64,000 nt of DNA from Epiperipatus broadwayi (lineage: Eukaryota; Animalia; Onychophora). Location of the stretch: positions 11,718,001 through 11,782,000 of the forward strand of contig JAQFVV010000007.1 in the NCBI GenBank assembly GCA_028023455.1. Direction: 5' to 3'. The translations under genes were made by a program, and so were the position numbers. The notes beneath the pieces are model-generated. The model saw nothing but the letters and a program-made list of their open reading frames with translations, ran no database searches and was not told where the DNA came from. This document shows, piece after piece, positions 1 through 12,932 of this stretch. The first letter of the stretch is position 1. Every line of letters starts with the position of its first letter.

Positions 1-620
1 CATTACTTAGTTACTTTTATATATTTTCTTAAATGCTACAAGTAGGAGATGTGGTGCTACAATACTTTCTTCCCCCTCATTTTTAATGAAATGTAATAGA
101 ATTAGAAAATACTAATAGTTAAAAAATGTACACATTTCAGTAGTGGGGTTTCCCATTTCCAATCCTATTCTTAGTGTATATAATTATTATATTTTACATT
201 TTGACATGTTTGAATAGCATTTATAAAGATAGTTCATTAAAGTTTGTTTTAAGATTTGTGATGACAGTATTTAAATAGTAATTATAAACTGGACTAAGTA
301 CACTATTAATATTCAATGATGAAAATATTCCTACATATAATTATTAATAGATGGTTAATACTGAAGATTTTATTGTTTTATGGTATTGGGTTTCTCAGTA
401 TATAAACAATTTTAAATAATTAACCACTTCAGCAAAGAATATCAAAAAGTGTCATTAATGTTGTACTCAGCTATTAATTGGCAAAACTCAAAATATTTAA
501 TTATTTTCTAGTAGTTTATCTGCATTTGTTATACTAATATATAAAAAAACAATACCAATATTTTCTTCTGTATACACAACGCAGTATGATACAATTTTTC
601 ATTTTATTTAAATTTCCACA

Positions 621-740
621 ATAGCTGATAGTTTCAACTGTTCAACAGTCTTCCTCAGAGATTTTTTTATTGCTTCAACATTTTAAATAATGAAAAAAAG
701 TATGAGGAAGACTACTTAACATTTTAAAGATTGTCAGCCT
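621..740. mobile_element. Short inverted-repeat insertion with a decayed minimal hammerhead ribozyme (PLE pLTR-like, family 3-related)
   Basis: Minus strand of 621-660 reads CT-CTGAGGA-AGACTG ttgaa CAGTT-GAAAC-TA-TC-AGCTAT. An opposite-orientation decayed copy (ATGAGGAAGACTA...TGTCAGCCT) lies at about 701-740. Confidence 0.5.
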
Positions 741-2779
741 TTTTGGAAATTTTAATAAAATAAAATATTGTATTTTACTGTGTTGTGACCATGAATGTAT
801 GTTCAGATGTTTTTATATTGATAAAGTGTTATGGTGTTTCCTCCTGCTTTATTCTCTAGCTAAAAATAATTAAATACACTTTTATTAACTTAGAATTGTG
901 CAGCTAATTTTCTTGGCTACAGAACAATCAAATAAAAAGGTTTTAAGTATTTTTGGAATCTTGTAATGAATTGCTTCAGTAACCTGAAAACATTTGTATA
1001 GACATGACAAAATAGTTCTTCAGCAATCTTTAACAATATATTCATATATTTAAACTCATTTTGTGGTAAAAATTTAGTACTGATTTATTATCTTTAAAGA
1101 AATTTGAAAACGATAATACTCCACAGAATATTGTAACAAAAAACCCGTAAAAAGTGCCAATTAGGACTTTTAACAGATCCAATTAGATGATTCCTTGGTT
1201 TTGGGAATATCAACTGTTATTTATGATCAGGAAATGAATAGCATTATTTCTATTATTAATTTAAATGATTATGATTAATTTTACAAAATATTTATGTAAT
1301 AATTATTAAAATTATATATATTTACATTTAGTTTTTTTTTTTTTTAAATGTTTTATTTTTAAAAATAGAACTAAAGAAAATCAAAGTAATGATAAAAAGA
1401 ATATTATATTAACTCCGTAATGTCAAGTGTTGTCCGAGATCACAATACAGAATATTTATATTCTAATGATTATAATTGCAATTTCAGATTTAATAGCAGA
1501 ATTTCATAAGATTATCATAACGTAACAATAATTTGTTCTGATTTTACAAATCAATTTCAAATAACAAATAGCTGATTAATTTACTTTGAAGAATAATATT
1601 AAACGACCGTCCAATAAAAGGAAATTTCTATTTTTCATATTTTTTAGATATAAATATGAACTTTTGTTATTTTTTCATTTATAAACTTATATTTCTAACA
1701 AATCAAGTCTGAAATCTTTTATAAAATAAAGATTTAAATATTAAAATCAATTGTTGAATATTGCCAAAAGTGTAATGAGGGAAAGCAATAAAAATGTCAC
1801 CATACCAAAGGATTATTTTTTCCAAAAAAATTAATGATTAATTCAAAGTCCAGATTAATATCATGGCGAATGGGTAAGCTTGCTATTATAATGCAAAGCT
1901 TCACTTATTTTTTTAGATATAAATATTATACAATGGTTGATTTCTATGTCTGGGATGTTTAAGGACTAAAATGACAAGTTGAACTTTTATTTTTTCAGTC
2001 CTTTATTCAGCCACTATGTGAAAGTACTGGAAATATACATAAAATATATATGAAGCAAAGGGTTTATGTTAAAATCCTACATATCAGTTATAAATAATTT
2101 TAAACAAACTAACATAAGTATTATTTTAAGAAATTATCGATATTTTCTTAATAAACCTTATTGTTTAATTCATCTAATCTCGGCAGTTGAATTTCTAAAT
2201 ATGCTAATTAAAGTAAATCTATATTTATTTGGTTGTCATTTTGATATTTTAAGAAAGAAGGTCATTTAAAATTATTAATAAATTCAACATTTTTTCTTTT
2301 ATGTATATTTTTTATTAAAAATCTACCCTGGAATTATAAGAAATTATTATTATCAGAGAATAATAATATTTAAAAAAATGAAATCAAAATATTAATAATA
2401 AAAATGAACTAGCCTTTCAAATAAGCATAAATCAGACCCTCAAACTACTTTAATCTAAAGCATTAATCAGAAAATTATATATCAAAGTCGAACAAGAGGG
2501 GAAAAAAATATGTCAAGAAGAGGTTAGCAGAAAACAATTAAAATAACTTCAGTTGGAAAAAAATAAAGCAATATCAAAAAGAAAAACACGAGGGGAGGGG
2601 GAGAGAAGAGGTCTAAAACATGCATTTTTTTTAAAAAAAATTAATCATTGTTGGAATATGAAATAAACTAACAAAGAAAGAAAAAGTTTGGATTAAAAAT
2701 TAAATATTCTATTTAATTCAGTTAATAACAATAAGATAAAATAAACGATTTTTTTTTTCATTTCTTCTTAATATTTAAT

Positions 2780-4171
2780 ATTTTTGAAAATAAACTTTGT
2801 ATTTAATGTCAGAAAGAATTGGCAATGAATAGGAAAATTTTTTAAAAGATCGTATTATATTTTACAATGTAACTTTGTATGGGCATAAGACGACATATAA
2901 ATACTTTAAATGATCAAATTCCAATGTTAAACGTTGTCCATAATGATGCCTTCTATGTATAAAATTAAAAATAATCAATTTGAAACAAAACTGAAGCAGA
3001 CAACTCATTATAAATAAAAATTATTTAATACACCAACCCGGATTTTATTCCTTAATTAAAGAAACCTTTTCAAAATGTTTCTTTTCACACAAGTAAAGTA
3101 CTTAAAGGAATTAATGATGAAATACTTATTAAACGTTATATTAAAGATTAAAAAAGAGGTATAATTGATCCAAATTTATATCAGTCACGATAGCTGATGA
3201 AATAGCAACTTTGAAAGGGTTTAAGTTAAAACATGATGTTAAACATGATAGGTTAATATTGAATATAAAAGAAGCATTTGAACAGAAATTTGAAGTTGAG
3301 AATTATTATGTAGGTATGGGATATATATAATAAAATATATTAAAAAGATTTTTAGAAATAATAATACAAAAATATAGTGTACAGCATGGATATACAAATA
3401 GGAAGTGGGTTTCAGTTCCATATTCAGAGTATTTGTATAAAACATTGATAAAAGAAAAGTTACTTGATCATATTAAGATAGAATGAACAAATAGTAAATC
3501 TTTAGGGAAATGGATGTGTAATTAAAAAATGTTGGGTAATATTAAAAATAGGATATGGTTGGTTTATAAAATTAATAATGACCTTTGCAATATGATATAT
3601 ATAAATCAGATACAAAAGATTCACATGGAAAGAACTGAAGCAGCATGATAGGGCAATTAACAGAAAGGGTATAAGATTCAGGGCCATATATACATTTTTT
3701 GGTTACTTGTCATAAAATGAATTGTGAAAAAAGTATTCAGGTAATAAAGTATGTTGAAAATTACAAGGAAAGAAAATGTTATGAAACTTTGTATATTCAA
3801 GAAAATTTAAACAAATGCGTAAACATGGGTAAAGATCCAGCACAGTTAAAGGGGAAATGGGCATTGTTAAATTATTGAAAACTTTAGAGTTTTAATTTTA
3901 AAAATAAAAGGGAAAAATATTATTGTTTTTTTTTACATTATTTGTAAATATATATTATGAGAAAAAAAGAATGGTAATGTTTAATCATTTTTAAATACAT
4001 ATATGTATTTTATTAATTATATTTAATGTATGTATTTTAATAATTGTATTGATTGTATTGTAATGTAAATAATGTCTATTGGGGGAGTTGCTATAGGGTT
4101 ATTGATCATGTGATTGTGTAAAAAAAAAAAAACATCTTGAAAAGTGTTCCATTAAGGAAAGAAAGCTGGAT
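2780..4171 (+). mobile_element. Degenerate Penelope-like retroelement (RT remnant, GIY-YIG endonuclease, 3' pLTR)
   Basis: Hand translation gives ELAM (GLAMG-like, about 2815-2830) and W-x-x-DDI (GAC GAC at 2889-2894). LVYKINNDLCNMIYINQ starts at 3559 (GIY-YIG). EKSIQVIKYVENYKERKCYETLYIQENLNKCVNMGKDPAQLKGKW...* at 3726-3878 is a typical PLE endonuclease C-terminus. Many stops and frameshifts. Confidence 0.8.
4133..4171 (+). ncRNA. Decayed minimal hammerhead-like motif in the 3' pLTR of the PLE
   Basis: CATC-TTGAAAA-GTG-TTCC attaa GGAA-A-GAAA-GCT-G-GAT: stem II, GAAA, palindromic AGCT and an ATC/GAT stem I are present, but the core deviates from CUGANGA. Confidence 0.4.
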
Positions 4172-5641
4172 TGATTTTATTTGTAGTGAGTTGTCTGTTT
4201 CAATTTTATTATAAATTGATTATTTTTAATTTTATAAACAACATATAAATACAAATGTCTTTAACTAGCCATTACAAGATAAATGTCTTTCCATTATTGA
4301 AAATAATGGTGCTTCTTACTAGTGACATTTGGTGTGAAAGATTGTATTTTTTTTCACATAGGTTGTACTTCTAAGCTAAAATTTACTGCACATACATTTG
4401 TTGGTTGATATTAGATGATTATCTAGGTTGACATTAGGTTAAATATTTAAGAAAATGTTGTAAACCTAATGACAGCATATTTTTTTACAAGATTATTCTA
4501 CTAAATTTAAACACAGTTCACAATAAATGACAAGCAGATATGTTGCATTTATAACATATGACTTCTAAACAAATAACACTTATATAGTTTGCATATAAAA
4601 TAGGCTTATGTAATCACAGTTGTGGTTATATATGAATTCTGGTTATAATTTTGAACCAATGGTCTCATAATCTGGTTTTAAGTGTCTAATATATTTAATA
4701 ATTTATACTTATGTAGCTATTGCACCTTGATGATGAATGACTCATTAAAGTTGATGATATACTTTTAAAATTTATATATTATAATATCATTTTTTGCTTC
4801 AAAGTTTTGAATTCTTATCAGTCCACCTCTCATTTTATTATCCTGCTTATAAGAAGCATTCATCACCACATTTACCAATAAATATTTTTTATGCTTAAAA
4901 GATGTCATGCTATTATCTCCATAGTCAGATTTCACTAAATATGCTGTACATCTGAAAGCAAGATAGCTTGTGGAATAATACATTAATTGCACATGATTTC
5001 TTTTTTATTTATAAATAAATAATTATTTATAAATGAATAAATAGCAACAGTATGGTATATAATGGTTGACATATATGCTGTTACAAGTATAATGTGTAAA
5101 TATTGAATTGTCAACATGAGCATGCCAATTTAAATATTTGACACATTTAGCTTACCTGAGAAGTGTTAATTATTCACAAATCCATGAATAGTGAGAAAGG
5201 CAGGTCTTCATTTGAATGCTGGTGGATAGTATCAATTTAGTGAAGCTATGGTGAAAGATGGCAAACTGTAACAATATATCACTAATAATAATCAAAACAT
5301 TATCAATTGGTTGTATATTTCTAAATGATTTGACTAGCCTTAGGACATCATTTTATTTACCCATAAACAATCGGTCAATAGAAGATTTTTAATTCATAAA
5401 ATCAATTTAAGATGAAATTTATAAAATTTTGTAAAACCATTGTTATTTAAAAAATAGATAAATTGTTACTATAAATAATGTTTACCCTATGCAATTATAC
5501 AGTAATGTGAGCCATAAAATCTATGAAATTTAAGGCTTCTGATTATAAAGCCTTTAAATTTATTTTGTTTTAAAAAAAAAGGAAACAAAACTTGTTGTCT
5601 TATGAGACTATTACTCAAACATCTGATTTAGTAGCAAGTAA

Positions 5642-5905
5642 ACAGAGGCAAAACTTTCATACAGCAGCAACATTCATCCAGAGTAATCAATGGATACAGA
5701 AAGGTTTGTGTTTAAAATCTCTATCTATTGCCTACTCATTAAATATTCCCAGACTAGGTTCTAGCTTGTAACTTTCATCGGTGAGGAGCCTTGTATCTCA
5801 AAGCACTGGCATGCACTGAGTGGTGCTACTGTATGGGTAGTTTTGTCTCTGTGTAAACAGCTTGTGTAAGCATAAAATATGATGATCATGTGATGTTTAG
5901 TGGAA
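5642..5905 (+). mobile_element. HHR-hairpin family 1, copy A (inverted pLTR plus truncated sense pLTR with tail)
   Basis: Antisense unit about 5642-5810, then the sense 3' part ending ...catgtgatgtttagtgg. 10-bp TSD TAGCAAGTAA at 5632-5641 and 5906-5915. Hammerhead on the minus strand at 5747-5787 with a mutated core (CCGATGA). Confidence 0.8.
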
Positions 5906-6014
5906 TAGCAAGTAACGAAATGTTAAAAAAATTATCCAAATTTCTCATTTAGCAATTTTTTAAAAACAATACAAGGATTAAAACACTTAAACTTCGCATA
6001 ACTGCCATTTCTTT

Positions 6015-6130
6015 CAGATCCATAGCTTTTTACTGAGGAAGATCACAAAGTTATAAACTGGTCAGGAGATATTGGAAAAGCTTATGGCTTGCACCATGTG
6101 GTACTATTGTATGGAAAAAGTTGTTATAGT
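6015..6130 (+). mobile_element. HHR-hairpin family 1, old internally deleted copy
   Basis: gatccatagctttttaCTGAGGAagatcacaaagttatAAACtggtcaggagatattgg aligns to the family 1 consensus gatccaaggctcctcaCTGATGAaggccacaagccaGAAACtagtctggggatattgg, then jumps to ggcttgcac...actattgtatgg. Confidence 0.6.
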
Positions 6131-8625
6131 TTAGGATTCCAATGGTTATTTGCTTAAACTCTGGATATCCTCTTTGCACTTTTTTTTATAAATTATAAGA
6201 TACTGAAAAGACTCATCATATAAATGATAAAGAAATTTTTTATAGAATGATAGCTGCAATAAAATAGATGCTGTGGTTTAGTGTTAAATGGCAGAAACTA
6301 AAGCTCAGACCAGATCAGTCAATTCTGATGCTCAAATTTCTTACAACCAATTTATTATTTATTTTAATTTTATTTTTCTTATTGCATTGCCAATTCCATA
6401 TAATATTAATATTATCTATGTCCTTTATTACTTTTTACAATGCTTTTTATAACACATTATTGATGGTTTCAATTGCCCCCTCAAACTTCTTCAGAAGTGA
6501 TGGTTTTGATTGCCACAACAATTTTCATCAGAACTTGTACTTATATATAAATAGAAGTTCTGCAGGTGATTGCTGGGTTATCAATAGTGGGTTGTAAAAA
6601 GCATTGTAAAAAGTAATAAAGAAAATAAATGATATCAATATTATTTATTTATCCAAAAATTTTATTCAGCTATTTTTCAAATAATTATTTTCTAAAATAT
6701 CTGAAAGATAATCAAAGTCATTAATTGAGAAATCCCATTAATAATGAATGCGTAAAGATAACAATTTCTATCTCTATACTATTTTTTTTACTTTCTTCTC
6801 TCTTATTTTATCTAAATGATTAAATGCTTATTATGTCTCTCAACAGTGACAAAAACAATTGGATTTTAAGATTTTATAAAGTTCAATAAGTTTTGGACAA
6901 AGATGTTTAGTGATAAATACACTATATTTTCGATTTGGAATAAAGGAGAAAGTTTATTTCATCCATGCATAATTTAACCTCATATTTAAAATAATATTAT
7001 TCTTTGGTCTTATTTGCATAATGAAGCACAAAATTATTCTTGCACATTATTTGTCTTTAGTGTTATGATTATTGTACTGAAAAGAGGAACAATTCTATTA
7101 AGATGATCCTTTTCAACTGTCTAATAACAAAATCTAATTTTATTATAAGAAAATAAAATAAAAAATCTCCATATCTCACTATATTTATTCAACAAACATT
7201 AGATAATTTTTCATAAATTATCAGAACAAATATTCCATATAATTTATGGAAAATTATTATAAAAGTAAACATTGTATTGTTAATGAGATTAACTTTGATT
7301 TACTATCCAACTGCATAGGAGGGCTCCAAGATGGCACAATGAAAGGGTGATCAATCTGTTCTAAATAAAATTGATTTAAATCTTCATCTAATTGATCATG
7401 TCTATTGATTTTTTTATTTAAAAATGCAGTGTGGAAAGCTATTTGTTTTATTAATTATATTTTCAGTACAGAGATAACTCCATTATTATTTTCCACAACA
7501 TTTCAACATTAGAATTTCTACCAGCCATCTTCTTCACTATTTTTTTTGTACGCATTCAATTGACCTTCAAATTCTAGTGTAAAATTTTATATCTCTTTTA
7601 ATTCAGTCATAAAGATTGATTATTAATTAATTTCAGGTTGTTACTCTGTTAGATTGTTAATGATGTTTGCTTATGCAATTATGTTCATCACTTGTTATAT
7701 TAGCTTCCTATGATGATTTTACTGTATAATGTGTTCATATTGATTTAGTGATTTTTATTTGTATCATCTCTTATTATGCCCTATTTTTTTACCATAAAAA
7801 TAAAAAATATTTTAGTTAAAGAGAGACCAATTCTACATCTGTCCAAACTAAAGATTTGTTCATCATTAAATATGTTCTTACATCTTTATATAAAACAAAA
7901 TTATTAGATTTAAACTGCTTTTGTAATTATCTTTAATAAAACAATATTCAATTTTATGCGTGTATTTATCTTTTTCAATCACTGTAGAATTAAGATTAAT
8001 CTAAATATTCATATGGTTTCTTCTCCACATAAACATTTTTCTTTCATGCCGCTCTGTCACATGATTATTTCTTGAGAATCAAAATAAGTCCTTAATTGTA
8101 CATATATCATCATTTTTACAATATCTCAAGAACAATTCCATTTCAGTCTTTTAATTCTTTTGATGATATCAGGGGTATTTGTTTGTTTTTTACCCAAGTA
8201 ATTCTATTTTGATTTCTACTTATTACTTTCAATATATATATATTTCATTAAGAAGACAGAATTTTGTTTATTAGTCTTCTATTAAATGTCCAAATTTTAT
8301 ATCCGTAATTAAGTTCTTTCTTTTCAAACACAAGCTATTTTGTTAAATTATTATTTCTAACAAAGCATTTTATCCAAATATATAATTCTATGATTAATTT
8401 TATTTATAATACTTTCATCTGTATTAATAATCTAACAAAAGTATTTGTATTTGTCAATTTATTCCGTCACATGATTATTAATTTTTATTTTCATTCGTGC
8501 TACACTGAAAACATCTTTTATTTTTCTGCAAGTGTATATATAGATTGTAAAAAAATATTTACAATTGATAATAATAATAAAACTCATATTTTAAATGTGC
8601 ATATGAATGGATGTATATTTGTCAA

Positions 8626-8694
8626 ACATTGGTGGCCTAGTGGTTAGCATAGCTGCTTAAGCAGCTGGCCCGGGTTCGCTTCCCGGTCAACTCA
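8626..8694 (+). pseudogene. tRNA-Gly(TCC)-derived pseudogene or SINE head with an anticodon-loop deletion
   Basis: ACATTGGTGGCCTAGTGGTTAGCATAGCTGC----TTAAGCAGCTGGCCCGGGTTCGCTTCCCGGTCAACTCA matches the eukaryotic tRNA-Gly(TCC) backbone (A box TGGCCTAGTGG, B box GGTTCGCTTCC). The anticodon loop is shortened. Confidence 0.8.
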
Positions 8695-10368
8695 CTTGAC
8701 ACATAAATATATATTAATAAAAAAACAACATTAATACTTTGATATTAATGATTCTGTAAATGTTTAGTAGTTGATAAAATAAGCCATTAAACACTATGCA
8801 CACACACGCGCATTTCATGTCTGTGATAACACAGGCATTTGTGACTTTATAAACTTTTATATAACAATTTATTAAAAAATAAAATGACTCAGTTGTTAGA
8901 AAGTAAAATTATATTTATGAAGTAGCAATTATATATTTTATTTACCATATTCGGGCAAAAAAAACAATCTTTCAAAACAAAAAACAAGGAATATACTGTA
9001 ATCAAATTCTAAATGATTGCTGTTTTTCAGGCTGAACACAAATACCAATAATGTTGTAATTAGAAAGTGATACTCTGAATAAAATATACGATTAACACAG
9101 TAATTACTAGCCACAGCAGACTTGTTATCAGAGAAGGCCAGTATTTGAAAGAAAATGACAATGATTTGTCCTTCCATTAATTTCTCAGTTACAAACACAT
9201 TTTAATAATACTACTGCTTCTCAAAATGTCATCTCTTATTTGTGATTAATTGTTTTATATACAAATGGCTCTATTTTAAATATTTCCTCAGTCACTAGAG
9301 CTTCACAAATCTCTTTAGTGACCACAAGTTGGACAGTTGAAGCACTATATCACCATTTTAAATTTGCAACATTTTTGGTTAGCTTGGCTGAACAGGCCCA
9401 ATGGGAGATTTCAATTTATGGCTGACCTAAATGGATGTTAAAAAGACAAGTTGTGTTAGTGAAGGACAGGAAATAATAATAGTAGACTTCATATGCTTAA
9501 AGTAACATAATTTGCAGGAAATGATGAAACAAGTCAAATTGATATTCTGTCAGTTTAGATTATTAAATTTTATCAAATAAAATTGCTATGTGCAGTGTGG
9601 TTAATTTTTTTTCACCATTTAATTCATATCTATTAAGTAGTATGTTTAATCTTATTTATAAAATATGTAAAAATGTAAATTCATATTACAAGGGAAAAAT
9701 ACCATAATAGTGTATTATTTACTCTCTAATAGAAATATAAATATATTTGATAGATAGTTACAAATTGTTATCAGCCATTTTTCCTGCAGTACATACGCAT
9801 ACTTAAATTATATACATAATAAGTAGATATTCACTGACTTATAAACAATAAAAGTTTTAATAAAATTTTGTCTATATTTTTTTTTATAAAATTCATCCAT
9901 GGTGTAACCAACTAGTCATTTATTGTGTTCCATCATAGTTGAACTTTATTAAAAAAAAATATATGGAAAATCTTATTAGAACTATCAATACTTACAAACT
10001 ACATATTTAATTAAAGCAGAAGCTACTGAAAACATCCAGGAGATATAAATAAATTATTACAAATCTACCAATAAATGAAAAAGTCCAGAGTGAATTCACC
10101 TGTAATTTAGCTCAGATTTTATTAAGTGTTCAATTTGTCAATATGCTAATGTGCTTTTAGTACAACTGTAAGCCATCCTGAAATCACTGTAAATAATCAG
10201 AAAATAAAGGTTGTGCCTTATTTTTTATCAACTTTTATATATTAAATGAAACAACAGTTAGATATAAATATTAATAATAATAATAGCTCACACATAGATG
10301 TAATTAAAACAGAAGCTATTTAAAATCCCCTAGTGAGCCACAAAGAAACTAATTCAAATTTGTCAATA

Positions 10369-11736
10369 CACTCGGGTCTCGTTTTATGTGGATTTATTTA
10401 ATGTGATTTTGAAGTTATGTGATTTATGTTTCTTCTTAATATTTTTGTATGCAGTTTTCTTTTATGCAATAAAAATTATTAGATCAGAAGTCAAGTTCCA
10501 ATAATGTAATATTACTTTAAATATTATAAATTTTGTGCACTCATGCATCATATTTAAAGTAACAGCACATTATTGGAGTTTGACTTCCATCTAATAATTT
10601 TAATATTTTCAGCAGTTTATAATAATAGTATTGTAATAGATTTTATGCAATAAAGAAGTTCATAATTCGCTTAAAATCAGGATTTCCTCATTTTATATAC
10701 ACACATTAAATTTTACAAGATTATAATGTAAATCTGTTCAAACATTATAGATGTCTATACTATGCACATTGTTGTTTTTGCATTTTAAATCACATTTTGT
10801 TTTTGCTTTTTAAAGAAAGAGTATGTAATCAATTAATCATTTTGTGTCTGCAAGTTTATTTTTAAGAGATGAGTAACAGTGGTGGCACAATTAAATTTGA
10901 CAATTAAAAATTAAAATCTGATTTTTAATTGTAATTAACAATTTAAAAATTATGTAATGTGATCTGAAATTAATTTGATGTGAAACAATGAAATTTGATT
11001 TTTAAATGGAATTGAAAATTAAAGTCAAAAATAAAAATTTAATTTTTAATTGTTAGTTTTAATTAAATTTTGTCCCACAGTGGTGAGTAGATGTCTTTTT
11101 ATTATCTTAAGTCTAAGTTCTTATTTTTATTTTAAACTTTTAGTTTACCCTAATGGAGAGAAAAAAACACCCAAGAAAATGAATTTCTTTGGAAACAAAA
11201 ATTTCAATTTTAGATCACTTAGCAAAATGGGAAGGATCAACAGTGATTGGAAAACATTTTAGTTTAGGCAAATCCACTATAAGAGCATTTAAAAAATGAA
11301 TTTGATGCTAGTTGTATTTTCTCTTTGGGATGAATCTGATGTCTTACTAATTCACAAATGAATCTGCATATTGTCAAATAGTGATAAGGATTAAAATACT
11401 GTACATGTATGAAAAAATGTAAAATACTGTAAATTACACTTAAAAATATATTATTTTGAAAAAAATTAAATACTGTAGTTAATAAAAAAAGTAAAAAAGT
11501 TTGTCTTGTATCAATTTTTTTCAAATTTGAAATTTTTTAATAGTCATATTTTATTTCCTTACTTTTTTATGCAAATTTTAAAGTAATTTTACATTGTTAC
11601 TTTGCTTTTATGTGATTTTTGAAAATTACAGTACCTATCCTCCATGTTTCAAGGCAAGTTAAGTCTATTTTTGTGTGATTTCTTTTGTGTGCATTTTCTG
11701 AGGAACCTATTTACTGCATAAAATGAGACCCAGATG
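10369..11736. mobile_element. Tigger/pogo-like (Tc1/mariner superfamily) non-autonomous element, with internal inverted repeats or nested insertions
   Basis: Left TIR CACTCGGGTCTCGTTTTATGTGG; right end reverse complement CATCTGGGTCTCATTTTATGCAG (differences mostly CpG decay). TA flanks both ends (10367-68, 11737-38). Internal inverted repeat at about 10478-10595. Confidence 0.6.
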
Positions 11737-12344
11737 TATATGAATAAATATAGAATAAACCAACCTGCACTCTACTTCTACATTTGTGCTATTAATTATC
11801 ATGCTTACATCTGTTATTTCATTTAATATACAGAGAATTGTTAAAAATGAGGCATGTCCTTTATCTTCTGGTTGCTTATAAAGATTTCAGAATGGCTTAT
11901 AGTTGTACTGAAATCATTCATATATAAATCAGATTTTGCATTGTAATATGTCAATAAATTGAACATTTACATGCAATCCAAGATAAAGTACATGTGGGAC
12001 TCTTCTTTACTTTTGTGTTTATTGTTAAATTTGCATTAGTCTAATCATTGATTGCTGGAAGTTTAGAGTAGCCTCCACTTTAATTGCATTTAGGTTTAAG
12101 CTATTAGTATTAAGATTTAAGCTATATAAATATACACTTAGGATCAATAACAGAGCTCCTAAACTTGATCTTCTATTTAATGTTATATTCTGCAGATGTG
12201 GTGTAGATTTAAAAGAGGAATGATTGGTAGCATTATTTAAACTGTTATTAATATTGATTGTAATATCTAAATGATAACGTGATACTTTAAATAAATCCTG
12301 ATTTATTAAAATCTGTTAACATACAAGGAAGAAAAAATTCAGGC

Positions 12345-12505
12345 ACTCATACAATATGTCCTTCTCTAAAACTCATGAGTGGGTTATTGCTCTGTATGAA
12401 TTTGTGCAGGGATGAGGGGGAGCCTCTTTGATACAAGGTACATGAATTATAGCCTAGTTTTGTCACTTCTTGTACACAAAATTTTGTTGAACTCCTGAGA
12501 ATGAA
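12345..12505 (-). mobile_element. Short LINE RT-upstream fragment (L2/CR1/Jockey-type motif)
   Basis: One minus frame reads AIIHVPCIKEAPPHPCTNSYRAITHS*VLEKDILYE, resembling the LINE motif (I)VPIxK...xNYRPIT/SxxSVLxKxxE. Confidence 0.45.
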
Positions 12506-12894
12506 ATCACTGCAACAGAAAATTAAAAAGTTCATTAAATAAAGAAAATTTACTTTCAACATGTTTGCATGATAATCATAGTTACCAAACAAACAAAAAC
12601 GTTTACAGTATTTTACCATTAAATGTTTAAAAATGTGTTTTATTTATTTGAATGCTATTGGTTCTCTGAATCATGACATATTCATTTTACACAATAAACC
12701 AAGCCTCTAATCTTTTAATTTTCTATCATTTCTTTTCTCACAAATATTTCAACAATACTAGGATCAAAACCATGTTCATATTCCTTTTTATGACCATAAA
12801 ATGGAGACACGGTTGTTAAATCAGTTTGAGCTTTTCTGTATGCATGTAACTGCTGAGTCATTATTATCTTCAAATTTGCATTTGTTTCACTGTA

Positions 12895-12895
<1 letters not shown>

Positions 12896-12930
<35 letters not shown>
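12896..12930. repeat. (AT)n microsatellite
   Basis: Direct reading. It sits inside a small imperfect inverted repeat (tgtttcactgta / tacagtgaaaca). Confidence 0.95.

Positions 12931-12932
<2 letters not shown>

Noticed and set aside
1999-2061. Possible second exon after the ATG/GTAAGC at 1863
   Set aside because: The frame compatible with the upstream exon hits a stop; the open frame has the wrong phase and a weak donor.
3193-3215. CTGATGA...GAAA hammerhead-like match
   Set aside because: It lies in the PLE coding region (IADEIATLKG) and lacks stems I-III.
4878-4953. Possible minus-strand exon CTAYLVKSDYGDNSMTSFKHKKYLL with AG/GT borders
   Set aside because: Splice sites are plausible, but I found no recognisable homology and no supportable partner exons. 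It needs RNA-seq.
6017-6101. Apparent exon LFTEEDHKVINWSGDIGKAYGLHHV after a ttcag/catag acceptor
   Set aside because: The DNA aligns to the family 1 hammerhead repeat.
7600-8600. Possible minus-strand retroelement RT remnant (RYCKNDDICTI, EYLD)
   Set aside because: Motifs are too degenerate and inconsistent in frame to support a call.
12347-12619. 90-aa minus ORF with a good acceptor and a GTATGA donor
   Set aside because: Another frame shows a LINE NYRPI-like motif, so a TE remnant is more likely. It has no recognisable host protein similarity.
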